From NCBI RefSeq assembly GCF_000196555.1, contig NC_015067.1, positions 120,001 through 152,000 of the forward strand: a stretch of DNA of 32,000 nucleotides, read 5' to 3'. Numbering within the stretch: position 1 is the stretch's first letter; every line of letters begins with the position of its first letter. Positions 25,859-32,000 of the stretch are shown here, piece after piece. Under the pieces are notes generated by a model. That model saw only the letters and a program-made list of their open reading frames with translations, had not been told where the DNA came from and made no database searches. The position numbers were made by a program, and so were the translations under genes. This stretch comes from Bifidobacterium longum subsp. longum JCM 1217 (GTDB lineage: Bacteria > Actinomycetota > Actinomycetes > Actinomycetales > Bifidobacteriaceae).

Positions 25859-26911
25859 ATGGCAGCACAAATCTGGTATGAGAACGACGGCGATCTTTCC
25901 GTCCTCGAAGGCAAGAAGGTCGCAATCATCGGCTACGGTTCCCAGGGCCACGCCCACGCGCTGAACCTTCGCGATTCCGGTGTCGACGTGGTCGTCGGCC
26001 TGCGTCCGACCTCCAAGTCGGTCGACTTCGCCAAGGAGCAGGGCCTCGAGGTCAAGTCCGTGGCCGAGGCTTCCGCCGAGGCCGACGTGATCATGATTCT
26101 GGCCCCCGACCAGTACCAGCGCACCATCTGGGCCAACGACATCGAGCCCAACATCAAGCCGGGTGCCGCTGTTGCGTTCGCTCATGGCTTCAACATTCAC
26201 TACGGCTACATCAAGCCGTCTGAGGATCACCCGGTGTTCATGGTTGCCCCGAAGGGCCCGGGCCACATCGTTCGTCGTGAGTACGCCGCTGGCCGTGGCG
26301 TGCCGGTCGTCGTGGCCGTCGAGCAGGATCCGCGTGGCGACGGCTGGGCTCTGACCCTGGCCTACGCCAAGGCCCTCGGTGCCCTGCGCGCCGGTGCCAT
26401 CAAGACCACCTTCAAGGAAGAGACCGAGACCGATCTCTTCGGCGAGCAGAACGTGCTCATGGGTGGCGTGAACAAGCTCGTCGAGATGGGCTTCGAAGTC
26501 CTGACCGACGCCGGCTACCAGCCGGAAATCGCCTACTTCGAGGTCTGCCACGAGCTCAAGATGCTCGTCGACCTGATGAACGAGGGCGGTCTGAACAAGG
26601 CTCGTTGGTCCTGCTCCGACACCGCCCAGTACGGCGACTACGTCAACACCGTCATCAACGAGGACTGCCGCAAGCGCATGGAATACCACCTGCAGCGCAT
26701 CCAGGACGGCTCCTTCGCCAAGGAGTTCATCGACGACCAGGATGCCGGCGCCCCGCACTTCAAGGAACTGCAGGAGAAGTACTCCAACGAGCGCATCGAG
26801 ACCGTCGGCCCGAAGCTGCGCGCCATGTTCTCCTGGAACAAGGATGGCGTCAAGGATGCCGACGAGGCCAACTCCTTCACCGGCAAGATCGCCCGCGCCC
26901 AGGTTCAGTGA
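25859..26911 (+). CDS. ilvC: Ketol-acid reductoisomerase (class I), copy 2
   Basis: [41 protein letters not shown]..., 350 aa. AAAGGAG lies 8 nt upstream of the ATG at 25859. By eye, about four fifths of residues are identical to copy 1. Confidence 0.96.
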
Positions 26912-26917
26912 TTCTTC

Positions 26918-27023
26918 CTTGGCTCCCCTCGGGTGAGGTGCGCACGAACAGCGAGCCGGCAATCGCAGCCTTCAGGCTGTCCGTGTTGCAGTACGCTGGC
27001 GCGTAAGCGCCTGAGGGTGGTCC
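26918..27023. repeat. Structured repeat family B, copy 2 (shorter, about 105 bp)
   Basis: Starts 7 nt after the ilvC2 stop with CTTGGCTCCCCTC. Shares the blocks GCGAGCCGG and GCTGGCG.CGTA.GCG.CTGAGGG with copy 1. Confidence 0.6.
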
Positions 27024-27036
27024 CCAGTGCATACCA

Positions 27037-27075
27037 AAAGGCCGCCGCTCCGATTCATTCGGAACGGCGGCCTTT
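27037..27075. terminator. Bidirectional rho-independent terminator between ilvC2 (+) and the alpha-glucosidase gene (-)
   Basis: AAAGGCCGCCGCTCCGA ttcat TCGGAACGGCGGCCTTT (one mismatch), with A-run/T-run flanks on both sides. Confidence 0.8.
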
Positions 27076-27092
27076 CGCTTATTCCAAGGGAT

Positions 27093-28907
27093 CTACTTGA
27101 TAACCCACGCAGAAGTGTCGGTGGGGAGCTGGCCTTCGGGGGTCAGCGGGCCGGACGCCAGCACCACGGAGCCATCGGGCAGCGCGACCGGGGCATTGCC
27201 GAAGTTGGTGATTGAGGTGAACACCCGCCCGCCAACCGCCGCGCGGGTGTACGCCACCACATCGTCGCCCATGTCCACCTGCTCGGCCGTGGTGTCGCGC
27301 GTGGCGGTCAGCGACTCCTGGCGAATCGCCAGTGCGGCGCGATACAGCGCGAGCATCGAGTCCGGGTCGGCTTGCTCCACGTCCACCGCGTAATCCTTGA
27401 ACCACAGCGGTTGCGGCAGGTGCGGGTCGGCGGCCGGCGTCACGCCCTCAGCGCGCGTAGCCGGCGAGAAGCCGAAGGAAGCGCCCGTGCCGAACTGGCC
27501 GGCTGCGCACAGCGGCACATGGTTTTCGCCGGTACCGTCATCGGCCGGAGCCGGACGGCTGAAATCGGCCAAGGCCGGCTCATCGGCGGCGGTCCACGGC
27601 AGCGGCACGCGGCAGCCGTCGCGGCCCTTGTCCATCGTGTTGCGGGTGGTGTGGAAGGCGGTCGGATCCTCCAAGTGATCCCACGGAATATCGGCCACCT
27701 CAAACAGGCCCAGTTCCTCGCCCTGATAGATGTATGCGGCACCGGGCAGGCCGAGCTCCATCAGCGCGGCGGCACGGGCACGGCGGGTGCCGAGCTCGCG
27801 GTCTTCGGGATATGTGGTGCCGTTGCGCAGCAGCCAGTCGTGCGGCAGCTGGTGGTAGGGCGCGCCCTTGACCTGCGGCAGACCGTAGCGGGAGGGGCTG
27901 CGCGGCACGTCGTGATTGTTCATGACCCACGTGGTGGTGGAGCCGCCGGTTTCGGCCGCCGCCTTAAGACCCGCGGCGATGGCCTTGCGGAACTCGTCGG
28001 CATACCAGTTGGCTTGCGCGAAGTCGAAGTTGAAGGACTGGCCCAGCTCGTCCATCGAAGCGTACAGGTGCTGGTGCTCGGGCACCACCCACGCCTCGGC
28101 CACGGCAAAGCGCGGCGGGTCGTACTCGTTGAACACCTTGCGCCATTCGCGGTAGATATCGTGCACCTCGCGACGGTCGAACAGCGGGTGGCTGAAGTCA
28201 TGATTCAGCACGCCGACCACGCTGTATTCGCGGCCGAGCTCTTCCAACGGCTTGGATTCGAGGTCCTTGGCCAGGCCGTTCGCCACGTCGATGCGGAAGC
28301 CGTCGGTGCCGTGGTCGGACCAGAAACGCAGGGTCTTCTTGAACTCCTCGTGGATGTCCGGATTCTTCCAGTTGACGTCCGGCTGCGCCTTATCGAACAG
28401 GTGCAGATACCACTGGCCGTCGGCCACGCGCGCCCAGGCCGGGCCGCCGAAGAAGGATTGCCAGTCGTTCGGGGGCAGTTCGCCATGCTCGCCGCGGCCG
28501 TCGCGGAAGATGTAGCGGTCGCGCGCCGGGGAGCCGGGCTCGGCGGCGAGGGCCTCCTGGAAGAACACGTGCTTGTCGGCGGTGTGATTGGGCACGATGT
28601 CCACGATTACCTTGATGCCGGCCTCATGCGCGGCCTTGGCCATGGCGTCGAAGTCGTCCATGGTGCCCAGTCGCGGGTCGACGTTGCGGTAGTCGATCAC
28701 GTCGTAGCCGCCGTCCGCCAGATCGGAGGGGTAGAACGGGGAGAGCCAGATGGCGTCCACGCCGAGGCTCTTCAGGTAGTCCATTTTCTCGGTGACGCCG
28801 GCGATGTCGCCGATGCCGTCGCCGTTAACGTCCTTGAAGCTGCGCGGGTAGATCTGGTAGACGACGGCCTGCTTCCACCAGTCGTCATTGAGGTTATTTG
28901 CGGTCAT
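27093..28907 (-). CDS. GH13 oligo-1,6-glucosidase / alpha-glucosidase
   Basis: DDWWKQAVVYQIYPRSFKDVNGDGIGDIAG, VIVDIVPNHT, GFRIDVA and NHD are the GH13 subfamily 31-type conserved regions. 604 aa. Confidence 0.94.
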   Translation of the reverse strand: MTANNLNDDWWKQAVVYQIYPRSFKDVNGDGIGDIAGVTEKMDYLKSLGVDAIWLSPFYPSDLADGGYDVIDYRNVDPRLGTMDDFDAMAKAAHEAGIKVIVDIVPNHTADKHVFFQEALAAEPGSPARDRYIFRDGRGEHGELPPNDWQSFFGGPAWARVADGQWYLHLFDKAQPDVNWKNPDIHEEFKKTLRFWSDHGTDGFRIDVANGLAKDLESKPLEELGREYSVVGVLNHDFSHPLFDRREVHDIYREWRKVFNEYDPPRFAVAEAWVVPEHQHLYASMDELGQSFNFDFAQANWYADEFRKAIAAGLKAAAETGGSTTTWVMNNHDVPRSPSRYGLPQVKGAPYHQLPHDWLLRNGTTYPEDRELGTRRARAAALMELGLPGAAYIYQGEELGLFEVADIPWDHLEDPTAFHTTRNTMDKGRDGCRVPLPWTAADEPALADFSRPAPADDGTGENHVPLCAAGQFGTGASFGFSPATRAEGVTPAADPHLPQPLWFKDYAVDVEQADPDSMLALYRAALAIRQESLTATRDTTAEQVDMGDDVVAYTRAAVGGRVFTSITNFGNAPVALPDGSVVLASGPLTPEGQLPTDTSAWVIK

Positions 28908-28998
28908 GCCGATTCCCTCCTGTTCCGGGTGCGTTGTGGTTGGGTTGTTCCGGTCGCGCCCGAACTGCTGTGTGAAGGCCCAACCGTTGTATTAATGA

Positions 28999-29012
28999 TG
29001 ATAACGATATCA
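28999..29012. promoter_or_regulatory. LacI-type operator candidate upstream of the alpha-glucosidase gene
   Basis: TGATAACGATATCA is palindromic at 12 of 14 positions with a central CG. A near-identical TGACAACGATAACA lies at 30141. Confidence 0.5.
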
Positions 29013-29066
29013 TGTGAATCACGCATGCAAAAATCGATTTATCGGCGTTTTGCGGTGGTAACGTGG

Positions 29067-30101
29067 TCACGCCTGCGCGGGCGCTGCTGTCGCGGCAGGC
29101 GGCGCGGTGGTTTCGCGCAGTATTAGCGGAGTGTTCGGCCGTACGAATGCCGGTTCGATTGACTTGCCGGCAATGGCATCCAATACCATGTGCCCGGCAG
29201 TCGCGCCCATTGCGAACGGGTCCTGATGCAGCGTGGTCAGTCCCACGGCGGCGGACAGGGTGGAATCGTCGAAGCCGATGATGGAAATGTCCTGAGGTAC
29301 CCGCCGCCCGTATTGACGCAGGCGATACAGCACGGGCGCGGCCATTTCATCATCCTCAAAACAGAAGGCGGTGATGCTGGGGAAGGCGTTCAGTACGGCG
29401 TTCAATGCCGCGTTGCTTTCGCCAAGACCGCGTTGAATGCTCAGGGGCGTTAGCTCGATCCCCGGATGGGCGGCAGCGGCATCAATGACGCCCTGCAAAC
29501 GAGCCTCGGCACTGTAGCGCATATTGGTTTCGGTCGGTGCGCTGCCGACGAACGCGATATGCCGGTGGCCGAGTGCAATCAGGTGCTCGATAGCCGAACG
29601 TGTGGCGGCGTAATCATCAATGCTCACGCCTGCGTCGAACCCATCGGTGGAGGGGATGTTGATGCCGACAATCGGCACGTGCATATGCTTCAGTCGCTCC
29701 ACTTCAGCCGGTTCGATGTCGAAGGAGCTGACAATCACCGCATCCGCATTGCGCCGCACGGGCAAATCCGCAAAGAAGTCGTGGCGCTCGGCGGCGTTGC
29801 GCATGGGGTAGGGCACAGTGTCGTAGCCGGAGGGGCGCAGCGCCGAGTCAAGACCGGCGAAGATGTTCGAATTGAACCAACTGGCGATGGTCTCGCTGGC
29901 AAGCAATGCGATACGGAACGATTGGCCGGATTTCAGGGCGGCGGCCGAGCGAGAGACTGAGTAGTCGAGCTTTTCGGCCGCGGCCATCACTCGGTCTCGA
30001 GTCTCGGGAAGCACCAGATCCGGCTTGGCGAAGGTTCGGGACACCGTGGATACGGAAACGCCGGCCTCGCGGGCCACTGCCTGAATGCTTGCCTTGGTCA
30101 T
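29067..30101 (-). CDS. LacI-family transcriptional regulator (maltose/alpha-glucoside locus)
   Basis: HTH MTKASIQAVAREAGVSVSTVSRTF plus a sugar-binding core. AGGAG lies 9 nt upstream of the ATG at 30101; the ORF track start at 30131 is the alternative. Confidence 0.9.
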   Translation of the reverse strand: MTKASIQAVAREAGVSVSTVSRTFAKPDLVLPETRDRVMAAAEKLDYSVSRSAAALKSGQSFRIALLASETIASWFNSNIFAGLDSALRPSGYDTVPYPMRNAAERHDFFADLPVRRNADAVIVSSFDIEPAEVERLKHMHVPIVGINIPSTDGFDAGVSIDDYAATRSAIEHLIALGHRHIAFVGSAPTETNMRYSAEARLQGVIDAAAAHPGIELTPLSIQRGLGESNAALNAVLNAFPSITAFCFEDDEMAAPVLYRLRQYGRRVPQDISIIGFDDSTLSAAVGLTTLHQDPFAMGATAGHMVLDAIAGKSIEPAFVRPNTPLILRETTAPPAATAAPAQA

Positions 30102-30140
30102 ATGCCGTCGCTCCTTCGCCGTCGCGAACAATCATTGTCA

Positions 30141-30154
30141 TGACAACGATAACA
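30141..30154. promoter_or_regulatory. LacI-type operator candidate upstream of the LacI gene (autoregulation)
   Basis: TGACAACGATAACA lies between the malQ stop and the LacI start, and shares 12 of 14 positions with the site at 28999. Confidence 0.45.
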
Positions 30155-30233
30155 TGCCCATAACAAGTCGTCGTCTTCGGCTATCTCGATTACGAGGGGC
30201 TGATTTAGACCAATTTCCCATTGCCGGAATCGA

Positions 30234-32000
30234 TCACCGCTTCTCTCGGCGCATCACGGCGGCTAGGGACTGCACGCGTGGCAGGTCGAAGACCTCGTCG
30301 GTATGTACCACGTGGCCTGAGCTGTCCGCCAGCGGCACGCGCCAGTTCGAATACTCTCTGGAAGTGCCCGGCTGATTCTGGGAACGGCATTCGCCCACGC
30401 CGTCCACCAACGCTGCCTGCAGCAGCAGCGACGGCGTATCGGTGAGCATGGCGTGCATCGCTTCCACGATTTCCTGCACATGGCCTTCCACATCATCCGC
30501 CACGGTCTGCGAGATATAGCCGTTCTCCACCAGACGGTTCATCATGGCCGTGCGTTCGGCCATCGCCGAGGCGGCGAACGCCTCCACCGGCTCGCTCAGG
30601 AGATGCAGCTCCTCGCGTAGCTTGACGTGTTCGAAGTTCAGGTAGCCGGCGGTGGGTGGCAGATCGTGCGTGGTCACCGAGGCCAATGCCTGCTTGCGGT
30701 AGTCCTCGGGTGCGCGGTACGGGTCGCCGGCGTTCGGCGAATCGTCCACGCGGTTGAACCATTCCACGTCAGTGCCGAGTACGCCGTGATCTGCCAGAAT
30801 GCGGCGCACGTAATCCGGCACGGTGCCCAGATCCTCGCCAACCACCATGCCTCCGGCGCGCGTGGCTTCGATGGCCAGTACTCCCAGCATCGCTTCGTGG
30901 TTGTACGTTACGTATGCGCCGTTGAGGGCGCCGAGCCCCTGCGGAATCCACCACAGGCGGAACAGGCCCAGCACATGGTCGATGCGCACCGCGCCCGCGT
31001 GCTCGTACATCGAATGCACCATCTCGCGGTACACCTGGTAGCCGGTGGCCTCCAGATAGCGTGGGCTGAACGGCGGCTGGCCCCAATCCTGGCCCTGCTG
31101 GTTATAGAAGTCCGGCGGGCAGCCGACCGTGACGCCGCCGGAGGCGAAGCGTTCCGGATTGGCCCAGGCATCCGCGCCGAGCCCGTGCACGCCCACGGCC
31201 ATGTCTTGCATCAGACCCAGTGTCATGCCGTGGTCCAGCGCCTCCTGCTGCGCGGCGTTCACCTGCTCGGCGGCAATCCACTGCAGCCAGCGGTTGAACT
31301 CGAACAGGTCGTGGTGCTCCTCGACGAGCTGGCGCACGGCCGGGTCGTCGATGGTCTTCTCGAAGAACCAACGGTTCTCGCCCCACGGCGCGCCCCATAC
31401 CTCGAAGCACAGGCACCAGGTGGCGAAGGAATCGAGGTCTGGGCCGGCGGTGGTCTTGAAATGCTCGAATTCGAGCTCGCGCTTGTTGTTGCGGCCCGCG
31501 TCGAAGATCAGGCGCAGCGCCGGGCGTTTGGCCGCCCACGCCGCGTTGATGTCCATCGGGTTCGATTCGTCGTTGCGTGCGGCCACTGAATCATGCAGCG
31601 CATCCACCTGCGCTCGGATATCGGCCGGCAGCGTGCCGTATTCGGGGATGTCCTGCGGGCGGATGTACGTCACGTTGAGGAATCGGCGCGATTCCGGTAG
31701 ATACGGCGATGGCTCAAGCGGCGGAATCGGCGCGCCGGCGTGAATCGGGTTGATGAGCATGAAGTCGGCTTTGGACTTGTCGGCCGCGTCCGCCAGCAGC
31801 AGCTTCAGATCGCCGTAATCGCCGATGCCCCACGATTCGCGGGACCGCACGGAATACATCTGCGTCATCCAGCCCCACCGCTGGTGCTCGGCGACCGCCT
31901 CCGGCACGGGAATGCGCGCGGGGGCGGCGATGATGGCCGCCTTGCCCTCGCGCCCGTCCACCGTGACGGTCAGTGTGTGGTAGCCCATCGGCAGATCGGG
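30234..32000 (-). CDS. malQ: GH77 4-alpha-glucanotransferase (amylomaltase). The 5' end lies outside the window.
   Basis: GIGDYGDL, VRIDHVLGLFRLWWIP, GEDLGTVP and TTHDLPPTAGY motifs. The frame stays open from the tracked Met (31988) to the window edge, and actinobacterial MalQ proteins carry a long N-terminal extension. Confidence 0.93.
   Translation of the reverse strand, partial: PDLPMGYHTLTVTVDGREGKAAIIAAPARIPVPEAVAEHQRWGWMTQMYSVRSRESWGIGDYGDLKLLLADAADKSKADFMLINPIHAGAPIPPLEPSPYLPESRRFLNVTYIRPQDIPEYGTLPADIRAQVDALHDSVAARNDESNPMDINAAWAAKRPALRLIFDAGRNNKRELEFEHFKTTAGPDLDSFATWCLCFEVWGAPWGENRWFFEKTIDDPAVRQLVEEHHDLFEFNRWLQWIAAEQVNAAQQEALDHGMTLGLMQDMAVGVHGLGADAWANPERFASGGVTVGCPPDFYNQQGQDWGQPPFSPRYLEATGYQVYREMVHSMYEHAGAVRIDHVLGLFRLWWIPQGLGALNGAYVTYNHEAMLGVLAIEATRAGGMVVGEDLGTVPDYVRRILADHGVLGTDVEWFNRVDDSPNAGDPYRAPEDYRKQALASVTTHDLPPTAGYLNFEHVKLREELHLLSEPVEAFAASAMAERTAMMNRLVENGYISQTVADDVEGHVQEIVEAMHAMLTDTPSLLLQAALVDGVGECRSQNQPGTSREYSNWRVPLADSSGHVVHTDEVFDLPRVQSLAAVMRREKR

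Overview
High-GC actinobacterial chromosome segment. By recognition only (no search run), it looks like Bifidobacterium longum: the sucrose phosphorylase closely resembles the B. adolescentis enzyme, and the scrP-scrT-scrR order matches the one described for B. longum. Contents, left to right: housekeeping genes (FprA-like reductase with its 5' end cut by the window, htpX, tRNA-Gly(CCC), fba, purA); a ClC channel followed by a translationally coupled crcB1/crcB2 fluoride-channel pair; a LacI regulator that is a ScrR paralog; a 5'-truncated kup; a GH51 arabinofuranosidase with a LacI regulator; a GH31 remnant cut off by a fused transposase; scrP-scrT-scrR; an MHS-type MFS transporter followed by two tandem ilvC paralogs; and agl-lacI-malQ on the minus strand, with malQ running off the window. 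I see no CRISPR array, prophage, toxin-antitoxin or recognisable defence system. The signals not explained by genes are: (1) a 22-26 bp palindromic repeat family, with one copy in frame inside crcB1 and a 51-bp-period cluster at the kup breakpoint; (2) a second, roughly 105-155 bp structured repeat directly after two stop codons; (3) an SD-preceded mini-ORF plus long terminator in front of the transporter/ilvC module; (4) a TTCAC-N3-GTGAA motif upstream of the transporter leader and both ilvC copies; (5) palindromic operators matching the local LacI regulators. The many long ORFs antisense to or overlapping the real genes are treated as GC-driven artefacts.
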